From NCBI GenBank assembly GCA_963780305.1, contig CAWABN010000016.1, positions 15,585 through 79,584 of the forward strand: a stretch of DNA of 64,000 nt, given 5' to 3'. This document shows positions 21,940-29,930 of this stretch, in pieces (position 1 is the stretch's first letter; every line of letters starts with the position of its first letter). The notes beneath the pieces are model-generated. The model saw only the letters and a list, made by a program, of their open reading frames with translations, searched no databases and was not told the DNA's origin. The stretch is from an uncultured Solirubrobacterales bacterium. Its GTDB lineage: Bacteria; Actinomycetota; Thermoleophilia; Solirubrobacterales; 70-9. Made by a program: the position numbers and the translations under genes.

Positions 21940-22485
21940 TCACGCCTCCGTGACGAGCTCCAGATGGACGGTGAGGGTGACCTCGTCGCCGAGGACATTG
22001 CCGCCGTCCGGGAGCTCCATCTGCCAGTCGAGGCCGTAGGCGTGACGGTCACCTTGGTCTCCAGGTCGACCCGATGCGCTCATTGTCCTGCGGGTCCTAT
22101 CACCGGACCGGTGACCTGGCCACGTGCCTCTACCGGCTTGGTGACGCCCTTGACCGTCAGCTCGCCGTCGATCACGATCTGCTCGCCCTCGCGGACGATC
22201 CGGGTCGAGTCGAACTTGATCTCGGGGTTGCGCTCGCTGTCGAAGAAATCCGGGCGAGAGCAGGTGGCCGTAGAGGTTCTCCTCGTCCACCCGGACGCTC
22301 TCGACCGGAACCCGGCCAGCGAGATGCGGCTCGCCCGAGGCGTCGCTGAGCTCGGCCTCGAACTGACCGAAGCTACCGCGGAAGGTGCCGACCATGTGCC
22401 TGACGGTGAACCCCGCGCTGGAGTGGATCGGGTCGGACTTCCAGACGCCTGTTGGAATGGTTGACTCTGTCTGCGTTGCGCTCAT
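21940..22485 (-). pseudogene. YceI family protein. The ORF is open but its middle is out of frame (about 3 compensating indels).
   Basis: HSSAGFTVRHMVGTFRGSFGQFEAEL and ..LDWQMELPDGGNVLGDEVTLTVHLELV are in frame. DFFDSERNPEIKFDSTRIV..GELTVKGVTKPV reads only in other frames, for example through an extra base at about 22250. Confidence 0.75.
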
Positions 22486-22516
22486 TTGAACTACTCCTTC
22501 GAGTGGGGTAAACTTC

Positions 22517-22565
22517 TTGACTACTCAAAGAGTTTAGCAGAATAACTTGAGCCCTCAACAATTGA
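22517..22565. promoter_or_regulatory. Candidate MarR operator dyads in the yceI/marR divergent spacer
   Basis: TTGACTACTCAA (22517-22528), TTGAGCCCTCAA (22547-22558) and TCAACAATTGA (22555-22565) lie in a locally AT-richer stretch. Confidence 0.4.
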
Positions 22566-23030
22566 CAACTAAAGCATCCCCGGCGACAGTTGCGTTCAGC
22601 CGGCTCATGGACGCGCGCGCGACTGCTGATCAGCGAGCTGAACGCCTCCCTCGTCGCTCAACACGGGCTGACCCTGAACGACTACGGGGCGCTGCTCCTG
22701 CTCTCGCGCGCCGGGGAAGAGGGAATGCGGCGGATCGACCTCGCGCACGAGCTGCAGCTCTCGCCATCGGGCATCACCCGGCTGCTCGAGCGGCTCGAGG
22801 ACCAGGGGCTGGTCGGGAAGGGCGCCTGCAAGGAGGACGCCCGCGTCAGCTATGCGGTGCTGACCGACGCCGGCCTGACCAAGCTGAAGGAATGCGCGCC
22901 GGGACATATCGCGGACATCGAGAACCGCCTCGGCGCCGTCCTCGACGACGAGGAGATGAACACACTCGCCGAGTTGCTGGGCCGCCTGGGCGGGCGCGAC
23001 GAGAACTGCGCGCCCGAGGCCGACGAGTAG
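22547..23030 (+). CDS. MarR family transcriptional regulator (one frameshift near 22615)
   Basis: wHTH core GLTLNDYGALLLLSRAGEEGMRRIDLAHELQLSPSGITRLLERLEDQGLV. The N-terminal helix (VAFSRLMDAR) is in the TTG-22547 frame and the body is in the 22590 frame. Confidence 0.8.
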
Positions 23031-23166
23031 CTTCGCGGCATCCGGGCGCGCGCTCGAGCGACGCACCAAGTACCGGGGCACGCGGACGGAGTACGCGTTT
23101 CGGCCCGCGTTCGGTCCTTCCAGGCACGGATCCTGCAAGCAATCTTGCGTCGGGTCCGAACGTTGA

Positions 23167-23195
23167 TTGACATCGGGCGGCGGCCGCCCTAGTCT
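23167..23195 (+). promoter_or_regulatory. Sigma-70-type promoter candidate upstream of sigH
   Basis: TTGACA (23167-23172), a 17-nt spacer, then TAGTCT (23190-23195). The first in-frame GTG is at 23207. Confidence 0.45.
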
Positions 23196-23206
23196 GCGCC
23201 GCCAGG

Positions 23207-24001
23207 GTGAACCTCAGGTTGAACCTGATGGAAGCACCCGAGGAGGCGCGTCCAGGGGAGGTACGGAGCGCCACAGGAGACCACCGTCAAAAGGAGGCCG
23301 CTGTGGCTGTACCCACCCCAAGCACCGAAGAGCAGGCTGTCGTCCAGGCGCGGAACGTTCCCCAGGGGGAGAGGAGCGCCGGGCCCGGCCCCGACGACGA
23401 GTTCCTCGTCGCCCTCGCAAAGAACGGCCGGACCGACGCCTACGACCAGTTGGTGCGGCGCTACCGCCGCTTCGTCCGGGTCAAGTCCTCGTCCTACTTC
23501 CTGCTCGGCGGCGACGCCGACGACCTCATGCAGGAGGGGATGCTGGGCCTGTTCAAGGCGATCCGCGACTACCGCCCCGAGCGGGAGGCGAGCTTCCGCG
23601 GCTTCGCCGAGCTCTGCATCACCCGCCAGATCATCACCGCGGTGAAGACGGCGACCCGCAACAAGCACACGCCGTTGAACCAGTACGTCTCGTTCAGCCA
23701 GACGCCGGCCGCCGCCGGGCCCGACTCCGACACCACCCTGGAGGAGGTGCTGCCCGGCCCGCTGGTGCGCGACCCGGTCAATCAGGTGATCGCGGGCGAG
23801 GAGCTGGAAAGCCTCGTCTCCTGCCTGACCAGCGTCCTCTCCGAGCTGGAGAGCCACGTTCTCGCCCTCTACCTCGATGGCCACTCCTACGAGGTGATCG
23901 GCGAGCGGCTCGAGTGCGACACGAAGACGGTTGACAACGCACTCCAGAGGGTCAAGCGCAAGGTCGGCATCCACCTCGCATCCCGCGCGGTGAAGATCTA
24001 G
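23207..24001 (+). CDS. sigH: Sigma-H (Bacillus Spo0H-type) RNA polymerase sigma factor with an N-terminal extension
   Basis: YRRFVRVKSSSYFLLGGDADDLMQEGMLGLFKAIRDY, SFRGFAELCITRQIITAVKTATRNKHTPLN and LSELESHVLALYLDGHSYEVIGERL..KTVDNALQRVKRKV are colinear with B. subtilis SigH as I recall it. The true start is uncertain; ATG at 23228 is an alternative. Confidence 0.85.
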   Translation: MNLRLNLMEAPEEARPGEVRSATGDHRQKEAAVAVPTPSTEEQAVVQARNVPQGERSAGPGPDDEFLVALAKNGRTDAYDQLVRRYRRFVRVKSSSYFLLGGDADDLMQEGMLGLFKAIRDYRPEREASFRGFAELCITRQIITAVKTATRNKHTPLNQYVSFSQTPAAAGPDSDTTLEEVLPGPLVRDPVNQVIAGEELESLVSCLTSVLSELESHVLALYLDGHSYEVIGERLECDTKTVDNALQRVKRKVGIHLASRAVKI

Positions 24002-24034
24002 CGGGACCCACTTCACACACAGGCACGGCACGAG

Positions 24035-24058
24035 CGGCCGCCCCATGCGGGGCGGCCG
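24035..24058. terminator. Strong GC hairpin after sigH (possibly bidirectional)
   Basis: CGGCCGCCCC-ATGC-GGGGCGGCCG, a perfect 10-bp stem, followed by TTCACCTTCTC. Confidence 0.6.
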
Positions 24059-24071
24059 TTCACCTTCTCAG

Positions 24072-24123
24072 ACGGGTTGCCCTCCACGTCCAACGGGTCG
24101 CTCCTGACGGAGCGCCCTCGCAT
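24072..24123. repeat. Intergenic hairpin repeat, copy A (partner at 40347-40416)
   Basis: ACGGGTTGCCCTCC .. ACGGGTCGCTCC-TGAC-GGAGCGCCC-TCGCAT. The hairpin spans 24095-24117 (9 bp plus a bulged T). Confidence 0.5.
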
Positions 24124-24132
24124 CTACTCGCG

Positions 24133-24342
24133 TTATCGGCGGAAGCGCCCGGCGAAGCCGGAGCGCGCCACGGTTCCGAGCAGCTCCCGGGGCTCGATCT
24201 TGCCCAGCAGCTGCTGCAGCTCGCGGCGCTCGCGGTCGTCGAGATTGGAGGGCCGCCCGCGCGAGCTCTTCACGATCTCGACCAGGCGCCGGCGCTCCTT
24301 CTCGCTGAGCCGATCAGTGAGGTGGTTTCGAACCGCGACCAA
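24133..24342 (-). CDS. Hypothetical small basic protein
   Basis: TTG ORF of 69 aa (..RLSEKERRRLVEIVKSSRGRPSNLDDRERRELQQLLGK..). Upstream, in frame but without a start codon, is a hydrophobic stretch (WLARGAWLLAAAEVL). Coding status is uncertain. Confidence 0.4.
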   Translation of the reverse strand: MVAVRNHLTDRLSEKERRRLVEIVKSSRGRPSNLDDRERRELQQLLGKIEPRELLGTVARSGFAGRFRR

Positions 24343-24632
24343 GACCTCGGCGGCCGCCAGCAGCCAGGCTCCGCGGGCGAGCCAGCGCCCACGCGCCGCC
24401 GCGCCGCCGGGGCCGGTCAGCGCCCGCCTCGAGCTCGGTCAGGGGAGCCACGGCGCCCAGTCTAGGCACGGGGAGGTCCGTCTCGGTGGGGCCAGTCGAC
24501 TACGACGACTCCGGCGAAGCCGAGGACGAGGAGGCGTAACCGCTCGACAGGTAGGCCGCAGACTGCCTTCTGTCACCAAATTGTCACGACTCGAGTGCGA
24601 GTCGTACCAGACAGCGCCTCAGACTCCCCGTA

Positions 24633-25076
24633 GTGGAGACCAGTTTTTGCCTGAAGGCCCCCAGGCCAAGCTCCCATCCAGTCGATGTCGGTCTGCGAAC
24701 TGAGGCCGCGATACTCACTGAGCTCGTCCGAAGGGGCTATCAGGTCCTGGTTCCTTTCGGAACCAACCAACGGTATGACCTGGTCCTCGAAATCGAAGGC
24801 CGGTTCGTTCGCGCCCAGTGCAAGACGGGGCGGCTCAGGCGGGGCGTCGTTATGTTCAACACCACGAGCGTCAGGTCCAACACCCGTGGATCAATCGAGC
24901 GGGGTTACGACGGTGATGCCGAGGTCTTTCTTGTCTACTGCCCCGCAACCGACCAGATCTATGCTGTCCCCGTCGACGAAGTGCCAGCTGGCCGCGGCTG
25001 TCTGCGGGTTAAGCCCGCCCGCAACGGTCAAGCGGACGGAATTCGCTGGGCTCGCGACTACGAACTGCCCGGGTAG
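24633..25076 (+). CDS. PD-(D/E)XK-type endonuclease-like protein (resembles the group I intron-associated PDDEXK family)
   Basis: GTG at 24633. Core GLRTEAAILTELVRRGYQVLVPFGTNQRYDLVLEIEGRFVRAQCKTGR (D..E..QxK). The stop TAG at 25074-25076 lies inside the tRNA. Local GC is about 57-62% by hand count. The family assignment is from memory. Confidence 0.65.
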   Translation: METSFCLKAPRPSSHPVDVGLRTEAAILTELVRRGYQVLVPFGTNQRYDLVLEIEGRFVRAQCKTGRLRRGVVMFNTTSVRSNTRGSIERGYDGDAEVFLVYCPATDQIYAVPVDEVPAGRGCLRVKPARNGQADGIRWARDYELPG

Positions 25077-25139
25077 CTCAATTGGTAGAGCGCGGCACTT
25101 GTAATGACGAGGTTGCGGGTTCGAGTCCCGCGCCGGGCT
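25067..25139 (+). tRNA. tRNA-Thr: tRNA-Thr (anticodon UGU)
   Basis: Cloverleaf: acceptor GCCCGGG/GCCGGGC (6 of 7 pairs); D arm GCTC-AATTGGTA-GAGC; anticodon arm CGGCA-CTTGTAA-TGACG (one G-A mismatch); variable loop AGGTT; T arm GCGGG-TTCGAGT-CCCGC; discriminator T; no encoded CCA. Confidence 0.8.
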
Positions 25140-25140
25140 T

Positions 25141-26161
25141 ATGCAGGAGGTCAGCTGGCGGGACGACGCTCGGGGGCGCACCGTGGTTCTCCGCGAGGGG
25201 CTGCTCGCCGACGCGCCGGAGCTGCTCGCCGAGGCCGGCTGGGACGAGTTCGACCTCCTGACCACGCAGCGGGCGCTCGACGGAGGCCTCGGAGCTCGAT
25301 CAAGCCGCCGAGGCGACCCATTTCATCGGCGCCGCGCAGGTTCCCGAGGCCGCCGCCGCGGTCCTCGAGGACGTCGGCTCGGACCGCCTGGTCGCCCTCG
25401 GCGGCGGCCGGGTGATCGACTCGGCGAAGGCGGATCGCGGCGGTTCGTGGTGGGGAGGTCGCGGCGCTGCCGACCACGCTCTCGGGCGCGCCGATGACGG
25501 CGATCCACCGGCTGCCGACGGGCCATCGGGGCGCCTCCGGGGTGCGCCCGTCGCTGGTGCTGGCCGACCCGATGGTGATGACCAGCGCGCCCGAGCCCCA
25601 GCTGCGCGCCACCGCGATGAACGCCCTCGCGCACGCCGCCGAGTCGCCTCTACACGCCGCTCGCCGACGAGGCGTCCCGCAAGGACGCGCTGCGGGCGCG
25701 GAGCTGATCGCCCGCTGCGCTCGACGCCGATCGCGCCGAGCGCGACCGCTCCGAGCTCGCCCTCGGCGCCTTGCTCGCGCGGCACCGCCGTCGACCGGGC
25801 CGGGATCGCCCTCCACCACGTGCTCAGCCAGACCCTGGTCCGGGTGCTGGACACGCCCCACGCCGAGACCTACGCGGCGCTGCTGCCGGCGACGATGGAC
25901 GGCGATGCGCGAGCGCGCACCCGAGCAGATCGAGGCGCTGGCGGTGGCGCTCGGAACCGATCCCGAGAGCATTGGCGACCGGATCAAGGAGCTGGCTGGC
26001 GGCCGCCGCGGCTGGGCGAGCTGGGAGCCGACCGTGACCGCATCGATGCGGTGATCGAGGTCGCGATCGCGAGGCCGGAGCTCTTCCAGATGACGCCCGG
26101 TGAGCTCGAGCGCGCCGACCTCGAGGCGATCCTGCGCGGCAGCCTGGTGAGCAGCCTGTAA
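25141..26161 (+). pseudogene. Iron-containing alcohol dehydrogenase / maleylacetate reductase family, frame-broken (at least 6 changes)
   Basis: RTVVLREGLLADAPELL, LVALGGGRVIDSAKA, LPTTLSGAPMTAIHR, RATAMNALAHAAES, GIALHHVLSQTLVRVLDTPHAETYAALLP and ..ELERADLEAILRGSL occur in three frames. Confidence 0.75.
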
Positions 26162-26195
26162 CTGGCTGCACCTGGGCGTGTTTCCCTCTCTGCCC

Positions 26196-26872
26196 ATGGA
26201 CGAGGAGAGGCTGCTCAGCTACCACCGCTTCACGCGCGAACACGGCGTCAATCGCCCCCTCTACGTGCTCGCCCGCCTCCTTCTGCAGCCGTTCTTCCTC
26301 GTCTATTTCCGGCTCTCGCGGATCGGCCGCGAGCACGCCCGGGTGCGGGGCCGCTGATCGTCGCCTCCAACCACCGCAGCTTCCTCGACCCTTCGTGATC
26401 GGCGCCTCCCTGCCCTGGCGCCGGCCGCTGCACTACGTGGCCAAGGTCGAGCTGTTCGAGAAGCGCTGGCTGGGCTGGCTGCTCAACCGGCTCGGCGCCT
26501 ATCCGGTGCGCCGGGGCCAGTCGGACGAGGAGACCCTGGTCACCTCGCGCGGGGTTCTCGATCGGGGCGGAGCGATCTGCATCTTTCCCGAGGGCACCCG
26601 GATCCGCAGCGGCTCGCTCGGAAGGCCCAGGCGCGGCTTCGGCCGCATGGCGCTGGAGACCGGGGCGGCGGTGCTGCCGGTCGCCGTGCATCGGCACCGA
26701 GCACGTGCGCAAAGGCTGGCGGATCCGCCCCCGCAAGGTCAAGGTCCGGGCCGGGCGGGCGCTGACCTTCCCCCGAACCGAGAACCCCTCGCCGACCCTG
26801 GCGAACTCGGTCGGCGCCCGGATCTGGCCGGTGATCGAGCTGCAGTGGGAGTGGCTCGGCGGCCTGCCGCCG
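26196..26872 (+). CDS. plsC: 1-acyl-sn-glycerol-3-phosphate acyltransferase PlsC domain (about 3 frame changes). It is continuous with the gpsA reading frame.
   Basis: ATG at 26196 (MDEERLLSYHRF..). HX4D box NHRSFLDP is restored by adding one C at 26387-26400. FPEGTR box ICIFPEGTRIRSG. No stop codon before the GpsA Rossmann fold. Confidence 0.8.
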
Positions 26873-27862
26873 CTGCGCAAGGCGGCGGTGATCGGCGCCG
26901 GCAGCTGGGGGACGGCGGTGGCGGTGCTGCTGGCGCGCGGCGGGCTCGAGGTGCAGCTCGGCTGCCGCACGCAGGAGCAGGCCGAGGAGATGGCCGAGAG
27001 CCGCAACAACGAGCGCTACCTGCCCGGCGTCCCCCTGCCCGACAGCGCTGGCGGTGAAGCGGGCCTCCGAGATCGAGCTCGCCGGCATGGACCTCGTCTG
27101 CCTGGCGGTCCCCTCGGCGGCGCTGCCGCCGGCCGTCGGCGCGATCGGCGACCGGGTCGGGCAGCGCACCTCGGTGCTGATGCTGAGCAAGGGGCTGGTG
27201 GCGCCGATGGGCGCCCTGCCCTCCGAGTACGTGGCCGAGCGGATCGCCCGGGCGCGCGCGATCGCCTGCCTCGGCGGGCCCGCCCACGCGAAGGAGGCCG
27301 TATCGGGCACCGCCGCCCTCGTGCTCGGCAGCGCGACCCGACCTGCGCGAGCAGCTCGGCGAGGTCTTCGACGAGGCCGGCCTCGTCTGCGAGCGCACCA
27401 GCGACGTGCTCGGCGTGGAGATCGCGGGCGCCGCCAAGAACGCCGCCGCCCTCGCCGCCGCCGCGGCCGAGGCCGCAGGGGATGAACGCGGCCGGAATCG
27501 CCACCGCCGAGGTCTGGCGCGAGTGCGTCGACTACGCCGACGCGCGCGGCGGCAGCTCCGACACCTTCTCCGGGCTCGCCGGGGTCGGCGACCTGACCGC
27601 GACGATTCTGGCGCCCGGGCAGCCGCAACCGGCGGGCCGGAGAGCTGCTCGGAGCAGGGGACTCCCGCCGAGCAGATCCCGGGGATCATCGGTCAGGCCT
27701 CCGAGGGCCTCGACTCGGTGCCCTTGATGGCGAAGGCGGTGGGCGCATCGGGCGGTGGACTCACGGCGATGGAGCGCCTTGCGAACCTGGTCGCGGGCGA
27801 GATCTCTCCGGGCGAGTGGATGGCCGGGTGCGGCGAGCGGAGCGGGAGAGGCGGGCGGCATG
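26873..27862 (+). pseudogene. gpsA: NAD(P)H-dependent glycerol-3-phosphate dehydrogenase GpsA domain, frame-broken (at least 4 changes)
   Basis: AAVIGAGSWGTAVAVLLARGG, NNERYLPGVPLP, LMLSKGL, CLGGPAHAKE, GVEIAGAAKNAAALAAAAAE and GVGDLTAT. No canonical start codon precedes the Rossmann motif. The end is inferred at TGA 27860-27862. Confidence 0.8.
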
Positions 27863-27882
27863 AGCCGCCCGGAGTAGGCTTG

Positions 27883-28444
27883 ATGTCGTGGCCGACTCCG
27901 AGACCAGAGCGCCCGGCCGTCACGGGCCGGGCGAAGGCCGAGCTCGACCGCGACTTCGAGCAGCTCTACCGCGACCACCTGCGCGACGTCTACTCCTACT
28001 CCTACTACCGGGTCGGCAACCACCACGACGCCGAGGACCTCACCGAGCAGGCCTTCCTACAGGCCTACCGGCACTTCGAGCGCGCCCAGCGAGAGTCGAA
28101 CGGGCGCCCGCTGCGTCCCTGGCTCATCCGCATCGCCCACAACCTCGCCTCCAATTACCACCGCGACCGCGCGCGGCGCCCTCAGGCGTCGCTCGACGAA
28201 AGCGATCCGATCGCGGCCCCTGCACGGCACCGAGCGAATCGTCGAGGGCCGGGAGGAGCTGAGGCAGGTGATCGACGGCGTCCGAGAGCTTCCCGACGAC
28301 AGGCGCGAGGCGCTGATCATGCGCTTCGCGCTCGGCATGGACAACCGCGAGATCGCCCGGGCGCTGGGCCGCACCGACGGCGCTACCAAGGTCCTGATCC
28401 ACAGGGCGATCAAGCAGCTTCAGGAGGAGATTGGATTCGAATGA
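27883..28444 (+). CDS. ECF-type sigma-70 family sigma factor (one frameshift near 28215)
   Basis: ATG at 27883. Region 2 FEQLYRDHLRDVYSYSYYRVGNHHDAEDLTEQAFLQAY..WLIRIAHNLASNYHRD. Region 4 LPDDRREALIMRFALGMDNREIARALGRTDGATKVLIHRAIKQL. Confidence 0.8.
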
Positions 28445-28779
28445 CTGAGCCCAGCGAGTCCCGCAACGAGGTCGAGCAGTTGCTGCGGACGGCTCTGCGG
28501 CCGATCGAGCCTCCCGAGAAGCTTTCCGGGAGGGTGGAAGACACCCTGAGCGCGGTCACCGAGGCCGCCGCGGAGGAGCTTTCGGCATGGGCCGAGGAGC
28601 TCTCGGAGTCGGAGCTGCGCTCGCTGCGCGATCCGCGGAACTGGCTGCGCCCGGCGGCCGCGGTCGCCGCCGGCGGCGTCGCCGGCGGCGCCCTGGTGCT
28701 GCTCGAGCTGCGGCGGCGTCGCAAGCCCTCCAGCGGCCTCTCCGGGATCGCCGAACAGGTTCGCTCGCGCCTGGACTAG
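28441..28779 (+). CDS. Putative membrane-anchored anti-sigma factor / hypothetical protein
   Basis: ATGA overlap with the sigma factor stop. 112 aa with an acidic N-terminal domain and one C-terminal TM helix (AAAVAAGGVAGGALVLLEL). Confidence 0.5.
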   Translation: MTEPSESRNEVEQLLRTALRPIEPPEKLSGRVEDTLSAVTEAAAEELSAWAEELSESELRSLRDPRNWLRPAAAVAAGGVAGGALVLLELRRRRKPSSGLSGIAEQVRSRLD

Positions 28780-29216
28780 GCCAGCCGCGCGGGCGCACCC
28801 GCCTTGCGGGTGGCGAGGCCCGCGAGCATCCCGGTGAGGCCGAGGATCAGGTGCAGGACGTTGTCCTCGTCGTTCACCGGCACGAGGTCGAAAAGTACGC
28901 CGTTCTCCGCGACGAAGCCGATCCCGTCACCGCCGGTGGCGATGAAGCCGAGGACGCAGAGGGCGATGTAGAGCCCCCCGACGAACAGCGCCGCTCCCCG
29001 TGCGGCGCCCCCGGCCGCCACCAGCAGGAGCCCGCCGATCGCGATGTGGACGAGGTTGTGCCAGCCGTTGACGGCGAGGACGCCAAAGACCTCCTCGTCC
29101 TTGATCGAGTCGCCGGTGGCGAAGCTGGCCTCGTAGAAGAAGCCGATGATCCCGGCAATCACGAGCACTCCACCGACGAGCAGGCAGTAGAGCCTCGCTG
29201 GGCTAGACGCGTCCAT
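28776..29216 (-). CDS. DUF4383 domain membrane protein
   Basis: ATG at 29216 is preceded by AAGGAGGAG. Four TM helices with NGWHNLVHIAIG and ..DNVLHLILG motifs. Confidence 0.8.
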   Translation of the reverse strand: MDASSPARLYCLLVGGVLVIAGIIGFFYEASFATGDSIKDEEVFGVLAVNGWHNLVHIAIGGLLLVAAGGAARGAALFVGGLYIALCVLGFIATGGDGIGFVAENGVLFDLVPVNDEDNVLHLILGLTGMLAGLATRKAGAPARLA

Positions 29217-29357
29217 GCTCTCCTCCTTTGGGACTTGGTGCCGGGCGTCGCCCCACGGTGAATATCGCGTCCGCTGCGGACGCCTGATCCGTTTCCGCGG
29301 ACCTCGCGTAGCCACTAGCGTGGGGCAAATTGAAATGGATCACTGGGGAGAGGTTCC

Positions 29358-29930
29358 GTGACCAAGGCTGAGCTGCAGAGGCTCGCCGACGAGGACCTGA
29401 TGCCGCTGGTCGCGGCCAAGGACCCGGACGCCTTCGAGATCTTCTACGACCGTCACGGCGGCGCCGCCTACTCGCTCGCCTACCGGATCGTCGGCGACCG
29501 CCAGGCCGCAGAGGACGTCACCCAGGAGGCGCTGATCTCGATCTGGCGCAGCGGTGCGTGCTTCGACCGAGCCCGCGGCAGCGTCCGGGCCTGGACCCTG
29601 GGCATCGTCCGCAACCGGGCGATCGACTTTCTGCGCCGCGACGCCGTCCGGGCTCCGAAGCTCGCCTTCGACTCCGAGGAGGCGCTCGAACGCCGGCCGG
29701 CCGAGGAACTGACCGACGTCGAGGCGCTGCGGCGGGAGACCGCGCGCGAGGTGCGGGGCGCTCTCTCGGGGTTGCCCGAGGATCAGTCGAAGGTGATCCA
29801 GCTCGCCTATTTCGGCGGCTTCACCCACGCCGAGATCGCCAGGATGCTGAACGAGCCGCTGGGGACGATCAAGGGGCGGATGCGGCTGGGGCTCGAGAAG
29901 GTCCGCGCGTCGCTGGCGGAGGGGATGTGA
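29358..29930 (+). CDS. ECF sigma factor (SigK-like)
   Basis: GTG start, 190 aa, intact. FEIFYDRHGGAAYSLAYRIVGDRQAAEDVTQEALISIW and region 4 LPEDQSKVIQLAYFGGFTHAEIARMLNEPLGTIKGRMRLGL. Confidence 0.85.
   Translation: MTKAELQRLADEDLMPLVAAKDPDAFEIFYDRHGGAAYSLAYRIVGDRQAAEDVTQEALISIWRSGACFDRARGSVRAWTLGIVRNRAIDFLRRDAVRAPKLAFDSEEALERRPAEELTDVEALRRETAREVRGALSGLPEDQSKVIQLAYFGGFTHAEIARMLNEPLGTIKGRMRLGLEKVRASLAEGM

Noticed and set aside
24077-24703. 208-aa plus-strand ORF between sigH and the nuclease gene.
   Set aside because: It is Arg/Ser-rich with no motifs and is largely antisense to the more protein-like minus ORF 24133..24342. It is probably non-coding.
28776-28779. Convergent gene pairs that share a 4-nt CTAG stop/stop overlap, here and again at 41431-41434.
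   Set aside because: This is a trivial consequence of TAG being read on both strands in a compact genome. No functional implication can be argued.
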